Below, in pieces: positions 1 to 6,784 of a stretch of DNA of 48,015 nucleotides (positions are counted from its first letter, which is position 1; the number at the start of each line of letters is the position of its first letter). Origin of the DNA: Chitinispirillales bacterium (GTDB taxonomy: Bacteria > Fibrobacterota > Chitinivibrionia > Chitinivibrionales > Chitinispirillaceae); NCBI GenBank assembly GCA_031286265.1, contig JAITUP010000132.1, forward strand, positions 1 to 48,015, in the 5' to 3' direction. Under the pieces are notes generated by a model. The model made no database searches, had not been told where the DNA came from, and was given only the letters and a program-made list of their open reading frames with translations. A program made the translations under genes and the position numbers.

Positions 1-119
1 GCCGTCATTGCGAGTGCCCAGCTCACCGTCATTGCGGGCTTGACCCGCAATCCCCAACGACAAGATTACATAGGGGGATTGCGGGTCAAGCCCGCAATGA
101 CGGCTTTTGAGACAGCCCC
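1..119. repeat. Palindromic repeat family P, copy 1 (left arm cut by window edge; carries an extra nested 28-nt inverted pair)
   Basis: Right arm CGCAATGACGGCTTTTGAGACAGCCCC (93-119) recurs at 17949-17975 and 33002-33028. 28-55 and 74-101 are perfect reverse complements. Spacer AGTGCCCAGCTCACC (13-27) is identical to 17916-17930. Confidence 0.85.
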
Positions 120-512
120 TCACTCACTTCGAGCATAGTCTATCTCCCGTAACGCCCCCATTTTAAAACCGACTTACGCTAAAACCCTTACCCTTAAAAC
201 CATACGGGCGGGTGTAATGCTAAAGTCAAAACAAGTCGATGGTGTGGTTTGGTTTTTGATTTTAGCATTTTTACCCCGATAGTATGCCCACATGTCCCCC
301 GTAAGCGGTCGCCGCTTATGGGGGACCGTAGGGGGCTTATGTATCGGGGCGTTACGGGGCAGAGCCCCGTCCCCAAAAAAGATCAAAAAAAAACTACTGA
401 TATTGCCCCGTCCCCAAAAAAGATCAAAAAAACTACTGATATTGCTCCGTCCCCCAAAAAAACAAAGCCAAACTCAATAGATAGTCGAGGTCAATTACCG
501 CCGGGTTAATAT
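120..512 (+). repeat. Composite non-coding element family R1, copy A (long form)
   Basis: Shares blocks with 17756-18108: CCCGTAACGCCCCCATTTTAAAACCGACTTACGCTAAAACCC, the TAAAGTCAAAAC hairpin, GCCCACATG, TATCGGGGCGTTACGGGGCAGAGCCCCGT and the tail AATTACCGCCGGGTTAATA. Also shares blocks with 3639-3814. 120-145 matches the inverted copy at 43811-43837. Confidence 0.85.
365..462 (+). repeat. Tandem duplication inside R1 copy A (about 2.4 units of 39-41 nt)
   Basis: Unit CCCCGTCCCCAAAAAAGATCAAAAAAA(AA)CTACTGATATTG at 365-405 and 406-444, with a partial third unit at 445-462. Units are directly adjacent. Confidence 0.9.
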
Positions 513-663
513 CTACTGCTTCCTACGAATATACTATAAATTTGTTCGAAAATCAGTTATTATTTTTTCATTTATTTTGCCGATAGCCCCTCTGCCAAAA
601 ACGCGCCCAACTTATCCCTACCCGAAAGCGCTTAGTTTGGCGGTGCGGCTATCAACAAGTTCC

Positions 664-680
664 TGTTTCAATTTGAAACA
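664..680. promoter_or_regulatory. 17-nt perfect palindrome TGTTTCAA-T-TTGAAACA, candidate protein-binding site upstream of dnaK
   Basis: Left arm 664-671 is the exact reverse complement of 673-680. It lies about 107 nt upstream of the sigma54-like box and overlaps a sigma70-like -35. Confidence 0.4.
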
Positions 681-702
681 TTGCCGCGTCGGCGCGTATC
701 AT
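673..702 (+). promoter_or_regulatory. Sigma70-like promoter candidate (TTGAAA-N18-TATCAT)
   Basis: -35 TTGAAA 673-678 lies inside the palindrome and -10 TATCAT is at 697-702. It is about 190 nt upstream of the dnaK ATG. Confidence 0.3.
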
Positions 703-722
703 TATAGCATGGCAACAATCAT

Positions 723-767
723 TCAAATTCCTTTCAAATTCCCTCAAACCCCCTCAAATCCCCCAAA
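723..767 (+). repeat. Helically phased (T)CAAA(T/C)CC motif array
   Basis: TCAAA starts at 723, 734, 744 and 754, and CAAA at 764, giving 10-11 nt spacing. Each is followed by a C-run. Confidence 0.6.
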
Positions 768-786
768 TTTCGCCATTTTCCCATCA

Positions 787-801
787 TGGCACGAAAATTG
801 A
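787..801 (+). promoter_or_regulatory. Sigma54-like -24/-12 promoter candidate upstream of dnaK
   Basis: TGGCACG-AAAA-TTGA against consensus TGGCAC-N5-TTGC. The -24 half and the spacing are exact, while the -12 element reads GA instead of GC. It is 94 nt upstream of the dnaK ATG. Confidence 0.35.
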
Positions 802-894
802 TATGTTTTTATTGGCCGGGCTATGCTTTTCGTCATTGAGCCCGCGATGTTTAATTTGATACTTCAACAACAACAAAAAATATAGGAGGTTTTT

Positions 895-2883
895 ATGGGC
901 AAGATCATCGGTATAGACCTTGGGACGACCAACTCGTGCGTGTCGGTGATGGAGGCGGGGAAGCCGGTGGTTATTCCCAACGCCGAAGGCGGGCGCACAT
1001 CACCGTCTATTGTGGCGTTTACGAAAACCGGCGAGCGGTTAGTCGGCGCTATCGCCAAAAGACAGGCGGTGACCAACCCCGAAAATACCGTCTATTCCAT
1101 AAAGAGGTTTATGGGCCGACGACACAACGAGGTAATGTCGGAAGAAAAGCGTGTACCATACAACGTGACCGGCGGCGCGGAAGACCCGGTAAAGGTGAAT
1201 ATCCAAAATCACGACTATTCGCCCCCCGAACTGTCGGCGATGCTCCTGCAGTACCTGAAGAAAGCCGCCGAAGACTATCTTGGTGAGACTGTTACCGAGG
1301 CCGTAATTACCGTTCCTGCCTATTTTAACGATGCCCAAAGACAGGCGACCAAAGACGCCGGCAGAATTGCGGGACTTGATGTCAAGCGCATCATCAACGA
1401 GCCGACGGCGGCTTCGCTTGCCTATGGCCTCGAGAAGAAGAAGAACGAAAAAATCGCTGTGTTTGACCTTGGCGGCGGTACGTTCGATATCTCCATACTT
1501 GAGATTGGCGACGGTGTTTTTGAGGTGAAATCGACAAACGGCGATACGCATCTTGGCGGCGATGATTTTGACGAGGCGCTTATCGATCACATCGCCGGGG
1601 AGTTCAAGGTGTCTAACGGCATTGAACTTCGCAACGACAAAATGGCGCTGCAGAGGCTGAAAGAAGCCGCTGAAAAGGCAAAAGTCGAACTTTCATCGGC
1701 TATGCAGACGAGTGTCAACCTGCCGTTTATCACCGCCGACGCGAGCGGGCCGAAACATCTCGACATGACCATCAGCCGCTCGAAGCTTGAGCAATTGGTC
1801 GCCGGGCTAATTGAACGGACGGTTGATCCGTGCAAAAAGGCGCTTTCCGACGCGAAACTGGATCCCGCGGATATCGACGAGGTGATATTGGTCGGCGGCG
1901 CGACCCGCATGCCTGCGGTTCAGGCCAAGGTCGAGCAAATTTTCGGCAAGCTACCGAACAAAGGCGTCGATCCGGATGAAGTGGTAGCCGTCGGCGCCGC
2001 GATTCAGGGCGCGATTCTCGGCGGTGATCAGAGCGTGAAAGACGTGTTGCTGCTCGACGTTACGCCGCTTTCACTCGGTCTCGAAACTCTCGGCGGCGTG
2101 ATGACAAGGCTCATTGAGCGCAACACCACGATTCCGACCAAGAAGAGCCAGGTCTTTTCTACCGCTTCCGATAATCAGAACGCGGTAACGATCATGGTCT
2201 ATCAGGGCGAGCGCGAGATGGCCGCGCACAACAGGCTGCTTGGGAAATTCGACTTGCTCGGCATCCCGCCCGCGCCGCGCGGTATTCCGCAGATTGAGGT
2301 CGCGTTCGACATCGACGCAAACGGCATCCTGAACGTGAGCGCGAAAGACATGGGCACCGGCAAGCAGCAGCAAATCAAGATCGAATCGTCGAGCGGAATT
2401 TCCGAAAGCGACATCGAGCGCATGGTGAAAGAAGCCGAAGCCAACGCCGCGCAGGACAAGGAGGAGAAGGAAAAAATCGAAGTTAAAAATCAGGCGGATC
2501 AGGCGATATATCAAACGGAAAAAATGTTGTCTGAAAACGGCGACAAAATTTCGGACGACGACAAAGCAAACATCCAAAAAGCGGTCGACGACCTGAAAGA
2601 AAAAGTGAAAGGGACGGATACGAACGCCATTAAGGAAAGCATGGACGCGCTAATGAAGGCGAGCCACGCGATGGCCGAGGCGATGTACAAACAAGCCGGC
2701 GGCGCACCGGGCGCAAACGGCGGCGCCGATCCGTTCGCCAACATGGCAGGCGCGGCCGCCGGAGCGACGGCAGATGCCGGAGCGCAGCAGCAAGGCCCCT
2801 CGCCGGAGCAGCAGAATAGCAACCAAAGAAAAAACGACAACGGCGCGGTGGATGCCGATTTTGAGGTCGTCGATGAAAAATAG
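895..2883 (+). CDS. dnaK: Molecular chaperone DnaK (Hsp70)
   Basis: 662-aa ORF with Hsp70 signatures GIDLGTTNS and DLGGGTFD and a full substrate-binding and lid region. AGGAGG sits 6 nt upstream of the ATG. Confidence 0.98.
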   Translation: MGKIIGIDLGTTNSCVSVMEAGKPVVIPNAEGGRTSPSIVAFTKTGERLVGAIAKRQAVTNPENTVYSIKRFMGRRHNEVMSEEKRVPYNVTGGAEDPVKVNIQNHDYSPPELSAMLLQYLKKAAEDYLGETVTEAVITVPAYFNDAQRQATKDAGRIAGLDVKRIINEPTAASLAYGLEKKKNEKIAVFDLGGGTFDISILEIGDGVFEVKSTNGDTHLGGDDFDEALIDHIAGEFKVSNGIELRNDKMALQRLKEAAEKAKVELSSAMQTSVNLPFITADASGPKHLDMTISRSKLEQLVAGLIERTVDPCKKALSDAKLDPADIDEVILVGGATRMPAVQAKVEQIFGKLPNKGVDPDEVVAVGAAIQGAILGGDQSVKDVLLLDVTPLSLGLETLGGVMTRLIERNTTIPTKKSQVFSTASDNQNAVTIMVYQGEREMAAHNRLLGKFDLLGIPPAPRGIPQIEVAFDIDANGILNVSAKDMGTGKQQQIKIESSSGISESDIERMVKEAEANAAQDKEEKEKIEVKNQADQAIYQTEKMLSENGDKISDDDKANIQKAVDDLKEKVKGTDTNAIKESMDALMKASHAMAEAMYKQAGGAPGANGGADPFANMAGAAAGATADAGAQQQGPSPEQQNSNQRKNDNGAVDADFEVVDEK

Positions 2884-2891
2884 CATTAAGA

Positions 2892-2917
2892 GGGGGTGAC
2901 CGTTTACGGTCGCCCCC
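2892..2917 (+). terminator. GC-rich hairpin after dnaK (weak terminator candidate)
   Basis: GGGGGTGACCG-TTTA-CGGTCGCCCCC, an 11-bp stem with one G.T pair. The downstream T-tract is poor (CATCCATTT). Confidence 0.3.
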
Positions 2918-2956
2918 CATCCATTTGGGACGGCAGTTCGACATTTTGTGAAAAAT

Positions 2957-2985
2957 TTGTTTTTTCGTGAAAAATGCAGTATATT
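2957..2985 (+). promoter_or_regulatory. Sigma70-like promoter candidate (TTGTTT-N17-TATATT) for the 3009 gene
   Basis: -35 at 2957-2962 and -10 at 2980-2985. The box AAAAATTTGTTTTTTCGTG is nearly identical to 6699-6718. Confidence 0.4.
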
Positions 2986-3008
2986 ATTAGTAGAAACGGA
3001 GAAACATT

Positions 3009-3347
3009 ATGGACGCGATTAACTTGATTTTAAGTGCCGACAACCTGCGGACTCTCGTCCTCCTTATCGCGATAGGGTGGGGCTTCACTTGGTTTAAAGC
3101 GTATATCGATGGAAGTCTTAAAGATATCGATGGAAACCTTAAGGATATTAAAAGAGACTTTAAGGCCCTAGATGAAAAGATGGATAGAAAATTTGAGGCT
3201 GTCGATGAAAAGTTCAAACTCCTGAAGGAAAACGACTTCGCACACCTCAACAGAACAATAAAAGCGCTGACCTTCACGCTCGAAAAAAATAAATTCCTCG
3301 ACTCGGAAGACAAAAGATATGTCGACTCATACCTCGACGAAAAATAG
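3009..3347 (+). CDS. Small membrane-anchored coiled-coil protein (hypothetical)
   Basis: 112-aa ORF with one N-terminal TM helix (LVLLIAIGWGFTWF) followed by a K/D/E-rich helical region with an IDGxLKDI duplication. GGAG sits 7 nt upstream of the ATG. Confidence 0.6.
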   Translation: MDAINLILSADNLRTLVLLIAIGWGFTWFKAYIDGSLKDIDGNLKDIKRDFKALDEKMDRKFEAVDEKFKLLKENDFAHLNRTIKALTFTLEKNKFLDSEDKRYVDSYLDEK

Positions 3348-3376
3348 CCGCTCTTAACCCATCAATCATTTCCGCA

Positions 3377-3433
3377 GGAAAACCCCGATTGTTGGGTTAT
3401 GTTTCGTTCCAGCGTAACATTGAAATTTAGCCC
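3377..3433 (-). repeat. 3'-flank repeat family R2, copy 1
   Basis: 3394-3433 matches 4399-4438 at 38 of 40 positions. 3377-3389 (GGAAAACCCCGAT) is identical to 5139-5151. Confidence 0.85.
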
Positions 3434-3638
3434 AAATTTTCCATTAAGAGATAAATCTAGTTTAAAACCTTTTTTAAAAGCTATTTTTTTAAAAAGGTCC
3501 GCCTGACCCTTTGCCATAACTCGATAATGTTTGGGACAACAAAGGCTCGTCTGAACGGAAAGGGCGATGTTCATTCTAAGCATGGTGTAGTTTTGGCTTC
3601 GCCGAAATAAACTAGTTGGCTTCGCCGAGATAAAGAAG

Positions 3639-3814
3639 TTGATTTTAGCATTTTTACCCCGATAGTATGCCCACATGTCCCCCGTAAGCGGTCGCCGCTT
3701 ATGGGGGACCGTAGGGGGGCTAATGTATCGGGGCGTTACGGGGCAGAGCCCCGTCACCAAAAAACAAAGCAAAACTCAATAGATAGTTGAGGTTAATTGC
3801 CGCCGGGTTAATAT
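3639..3814 (+). repeat. R1 element, copy B (short form: promoter-like box, hairpin, GC hairpin, tail)
   Basis: Near-identical to 256-364 plus 455-512 of copy A. Ends with AATTGCCGCCGGGTTAATAT. Confidence 0.9.
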
Positions 3815-4007
3815 ATCCAAGCAATGTAAGTTGACCGAGCATCTTGAATTTATAGACATGAAGCCACGATAAATCACCCTTCTTTTGCTCACCTATATTG
3901 AAATCGGCGATTATCGCTTCAATGGCCGTATGTAGATCGGCCAGTTGATTTTTATGCAGTTTTTTGTAAGCTTTCCTGAAACGGTTAGTCTGCCTTACTA
4001 TCATCAT
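3720..4007 (-). CDS. RelE/ParE-family type II toxin, C-terminal part replaced by R1 repeat sequence (probably disrupted)
   Basis: The N-terminal 65 aa (TNRFRKAYKKL...KKGDLSWLHVYKFKMLGQLTLLGY) look like a RelE/ParE toxin. From codon 66 onward the ORF is translated from the R1 copy B tail (3720-3814). The start overlaps the antitoxin stop (ATGA). Confidence 0.6.
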   Translation of the reverse strand: MMIVRQTNRFRKAYKKLHKNQLADLHTAIEAIIADFNIGEQKKGDLSWLHVYKFKMLGQLTLLGYINPAAINLNYLLSFALFFGDGALPRNAPIH

Positions 4008-4231
4008 GCGACTCGAAACTCAAAATCTGAAATTTCTCCACGCTTCATTTCTTTGCGCGCCTCAAGTATGTTTTTTATGAACTCATACGGTAGATCAGGG
4101 TTTTCCTCGGCGATTTTGCCGATTCTCGCCCAGTATTCTATTTGCTTAGACACCGAGCGGGAGTTTGTTGACGCACGCACTTTGGCCACGCTTAAAATAT
4201 CTGCCGAAAGTTTTACAGCTATACCGTTCAT
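4004..4231 (-). CDS. ParD-like antitoxin
   Basis: 75 aa from the internal ATG at 4231, with GAGG 6 nt upstream. The motif RSVSKQIEYWARIGKIAEENPDL is typical of the ParD-like antitoxin family. The track ORF extends to 4330 but that leader looks non-coding. Confidence 0.7.
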   Translation of the reverse strand: MNGIAVKLSADILSVAKVRASTNSRSVSKQIEYWARIGKIAEENPDLPYEFIKNILEARKEMKRGEISDFEFRVA

Positions 4232-4347
4232 AAAAACCTCATTGTAATAAAAAGGTAAAAAATTCCCACCACCATCGTAATATACGTGACAACATACGCG
4301 GAACGCAAAAAGTTTGTAAAAAAATATCAAAGCAGGGCGAACAGAAT

Positions 4348-4438
4348 CCCCCCCGACAACAATGAATAGCCAGTTATCGGGGGGTGATGGCGATTAATGG
4401 ATTATGTTTCGTTCCGGCGTAACATTGAAATTTAGCCC
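4348..4438 (-). repeat. 3'-flank repeat family R2, copy 2 (both hairpin modules)
   Basis: Hairpin B at 4348-4384 resembles 5145-5176. Hairpin A plus tail at 4399-4438 resembles 3394-3433. The last two codons and stop of hepT lie inside it. Confidence 0.85.
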
Positions 4439-4794
4439 TCATCAAGCAATTTTTGACAATACTCCATAAGTTCGGGAATACGTTCAATGATCGTTCCGTG
4501 CAGTATTTCCATACTGAATTTTCCATAATGGTGTGCGGCAATATTTCGCATCTTTTTAATGCCTGCCCATGGAATTTGAGTATTTATCGCCAAAAAATCT
4601 TTGGAAAAATGCGTTGTTAGCTCGCCTATTTGAAGAACGCACATAGAAACCGCGTTTTTATAGATAACACTTGATTTCAGTGTTTCTAGGGTATTATCAA
4701 ACGCCGCGATTGTCTGATTTATTTCATCACAGTATTTGATAATGCGTTCCAATATGTTTTTGTCGCGGTTATTCAGCATATAACAATATCTCAT
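4432..4794 (-). CDS. hepT: HepT (DUF86/HEPN) toxin of a HepT-MNT module
   Basis: 120 aa. RNIAAHHY fits the Rx4HxY HEPN active-site motif. Overlaps the upstream MNT gene by 26 nt. Confidence 0.85.
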   Translation of the reverse strand: MRYCYMLNNRDKNILERIIKYCDEINQTIAAFDNTLETLKSSVIYKNAVSMCVLQIGELTTHFSKDFLAINTQIPWAGIKKMRNIAAHHYGKFSMEILHGTIIERIPELMEYCQKLLDEG

Positions 4795-5074
4795 CTTTGG
4801 CTATTTTTTCAAGAAAGTTTTTTTCCAAAGCACAAGTCGTCAACAGATCAACTTTGGTTTTTAAAGATTCCTCCAAATCGCCGTATAGCTGTGCCAACTC
4901 AAAATAGTCCCTGATCTTTCCAGCGTCAATCCTCAAATCAATGTCACTACGCGCACCGGCCCCATCGCAAGCGTAAGAACCAAACAAATACATCCGGGTA
5001 ACACCGTAACGCTTCGCAATAGGAGTAATCCTTCGGCGAATTTCTTCAACCGTGTATTTAGGCTTTCGTTTCAT
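4769..5074 (-). CDS. mntA: MNT minimal nucleotidyltransferase antitoxin
   Basis: LFGSYACDGAGARSDIDL is the GS...DxD nucleotidyltransferase motif. Start is taken at the internal ATG 5074 (MKRKPKYTVEE). The track ORF runs to 5110. Confidence 0.8.
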   Translation of the reverse strand: MKRKPKYTVEEIRRRITPIAKRYGVTRMYLFGSYACDGAGARSDIDLRIDAGKIRDYFELAQLYGDLEESLKTKVDLLTTCALEKNFLEKIAKDEILLYAE

Positions 5075-5138
5075 ACACCGTAATATAATACACGCCAAGA
5101 ATAAAAACAAAAAACACAGAAGATGTAGGATTGAGGTT

Positions 5139-5225
5139 GGAAAACCCCGATAACAATGGATAGCCTGTTATCGGGGATAGTAGCTGTTGAGCTATTTGAC
5201 GGTGTTGGTTTCGTTCCAACGGCCC
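5139..5225 (-). repeat. 3'-flank repeat family R2, copy 3
   Basis: CCCCGATAACA-loop-TGTTATCGGGG at 5145-5176 is followed on the minus strand by TTTTCC. GTTGG-TTTCGTT-CCAAC at 5204-5220 overlaps the last codons of the 5192-6364 gene. Confidence 0.75.
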
Positions 5226-6364
5226 ATACTTATGGCTGGGGTGCTGCTTCCATCGCTGATAAATTCACAATCCCCCGCTTCACAAGCATCAGTGCGGTGA
5301 CATTGATGGGGATCTATCATTATTCGAGCTTTCACTCCTCGCATAATCTTGGTTGTGTCATTAATGCTAATTTGGCGTGTCATAAATGAGCGTACGGTTA
5401 TCGGCCCGACAAAATTCCCCCTTCGTGGCATAAACGCGTTAGGATGAGAGGATTCCGGACGATCCCGATTAGTCCGGTGGTCACAGTTCATTCTTGCGTT
5501 ATCACCTTGGGTATGAGGTCCCCCCCACTTATGCACCGCTATGGTACGTTTGTTGGTACCAGTATTCTCCGGATCAATGGAATAATCCCTTCTGGTATCA
5601 TTATTAGGGGCGCTAGTCCCTCCAGCATGAATAGGATCGGGATTGCTCGGGGTCCAATCGCTGGCCACAGTTTCACCAGGCCCGCCCAAGCCCAGTGTAT
5701 AATCGCAAAAGTTATCGTTTGCATTCACCACTCCCACCTGAGCTCCAAGCTTCCAACAGTCATCGCCACTGGGGATTTCCAACCAAATTGATTTTCCGGT
5801 CGGGGAAACGCAAATGTCAAAACCACGACAGTCCCACGGATTGGCACAATCTCCCAACCTCACCACCATTTGGGTTGGCAATGTCGAACCCCCGTCATCA
5901 TCCAAGGGCGCGTCACACTCCTCATCGGATCCCTCCACAATCTCAGGATCCCCGGTCCCCGGGACTCCCTCCACCGTTCTCAAATCCCATGACAAAGTTT
6001 TGGTATACCCCAAATCTCCTACATTAGCAGTTGACCGCAAGTGCCACTCGTCGTCATTCGGGAAACTTGATACATTTACTACTTCAAGGGCAACAGGAAT
6101 GCCGTCTATCTCGATATTCCCCTCTCCAGTTCTCAGCTCTCCATGTTCTCTAAACGTTCCCCTAACCCAGCTTTCAAGCATGTCTAACCCCCCTTCCGCC
6201 GCTAAAAACGCCCTCACCTCATTATGCGCGTCCACCTCCTGGCTGAGCGTATTTCTCGAAACTCCCATCAGTCCGGCCACTCCTATGGCCATAATCAGCG
6301 TAATTACGACTGCTCCGACCAGTGTCGACCCGTCATTTTTTTTCATTCGGCCCAATTTAAACAT
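5192..6364 (-). CDS. PilX-N-like (type IV pilus minor pilin-like) protein with Cys-rich C-terminal region
   Basis: 390 aa. The N-terminus GSTLVGAVVITLIMAIGVAGLMGVSRNTL...AFLAAEGGL resembles the PilX N-terminal domain. GAGGAG sits 7 nt upstream of the ATG. Confidence 0.6.
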   Translation of the reverse strand: MFKLGRMKKNDGSTLVGAVVITLIMAIGVAGLMGVSRNTLSQEVDAHNEVRAFLAAEGGLDMLESWVRGTFREHGELRTGEGNIEIDGIPVALEVVNVSSFPNDDEWHLRSTANVGDLGYTKTLSWDLRTVEGVPGTGDPEIVEGSDEECDAPLDDDGGSTLPTQMVVRLGDCANPWDCRGFDICVSPTGKSIWLEIPSGDDCWKLGAQVGVVNANDNFCDYTLGLGGPGETVASDWTPSNPDPIHAGGTSAPNNDTRRDYSIDPENTGTNKRTIAVHKWGGPHTQGDNARMNCDHRTNRDRPESSHPNAFMPRRGNFVGPITVRSFMTRQISINDTTKIMRGVKARIMIDPHQCHRTDACEAGDCEFISDGSSTPAISMGRWNETNTVK

Positions 6365-6437
6365 AGTCTAACTCCTCTTGTTACTAGAATTATAAAGGAT
6401 TATTATATTATTATAGGGAGTATGCTAATATGGCGGC

Positions 6438-6469
6438 TGTACACTTTAAACGTACGTTTAAAGTGTACA
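6438..6469. promoter_or_regulatory. Perfect 32-bp palindrome, operator candidate
   Basis: TGTACACTTTAAACGT|ACGTTTAAAGTGTACA with 16/16 arms. Located in the divergent intergenic region between 6364(-) and 6785(+). Confidence 0.6.
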
Positions 6470-6551
6470 ACTCCCCCCACCGTAAAAATTTTCAAAAACA
6501 TCGTTTTTCGGTCAATTAACCGCGTTTTCATTTTTTGGCGAACCCAAAAAA

Positions 6552-6587
6552 GTTGTCTAATTTAAACGTACGTTTTCCATAGACAAC
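6552..6587. promoter_or_regulatory. Second, related palindrome sharing the AAACGTACGTTT core
   Basis: GTTGTCT-AATTT-AAACGT|ACGTTT-TCCAT-AGACAAC. The outer 7 bp and the inner 6 bp of each arm pair, and the middle 5 nt do not. Confidence 0.5.
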
Positions 6588-6704
6588 CGTGGTATTTTTT
6601 TTCGGCGGTTACGCCGATTTCAGGCCGCTTACTCCAATATAATGCATGGTAGTTTAAAAAGCAATTTTAAAAATAAAAAAAAATTACATTATTTCAAAAA
6701 AAAT

Positions 6705-6732
6705 TTGTTTTCTTCGTGCGATATATTATATT
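6705..6732 (+). promoter_or_regulatory. Sigma70-like promoter candidate (TTGTTT-N16-TATATT) for the 6785 gene
   Basis: -35 at 6705-6710 and -10 at 6727-6732. The box at 6699-6718 is nearly identical to 2951-2969. Confidence 0.4.
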
Positions 6733-6784
6733 CATCACATAATTTTCCTGTACATATAACATCGCATATTATTAAGGAGGGTTA

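Noticed and set aside
365-462. Regular ~40-nt repeats that could be mistaken for a CRISPR array
   Set aside because: Units abut directly with no unique spacers and there are only about 2.4 of them. They lie inside R1 copy A, and no cas genes occur in the window.
174-509. Track ORFs 174-386(-), 194-376(-), 249-509(+), 292-480(+), and also 3362-3772(-)
   Set aside because: They lie entirely in R1/R2 repeat sequence. Their shared peptides (for example PRNAPIH and PTVPHKRRPLTGDMWAYYRGKNAKI) simply reflect repeat identity. They have no RBS and low-complexity products.
510-894. CIRCE/HrcA or HAIR/HspR operator upstream of dnaK
   Set aside because: No TTAGCACTC-N9-GAGTGCTAA or CTTGAGT-N7-ACTCAAG-like sequence is present. 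Only the different palindrome at 664-680 was found.
1039-1590. 183-aa antisense ORF within dnaK, and 40694-41320 / 41327-41836 within atpA
   Set aside because: They lie opposite unambiguous conserved genes.
3377-5225. R2 repeats as integron attC sites (CALIN-like cassette array)
   Set aside because: I could not find canonical R''/R' core sites (RYYYAAC / GTTRRRY) at the repeat boundaries. The individual hairpins are shorter than typical attC sites, and no intI gene is in the window. The cassette-like layout is kept as a finding, but the integron label is not supported by eye.
5814-6371. 185-aa plus-strand ORF overlapping the PilX-like gene
   Set aside because: The minus-strand frame is longer and has a GAGGAG RBS and a recognisable N-terminal pilin-like helix. 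The plus frame has Ser/Pro-rich composition.
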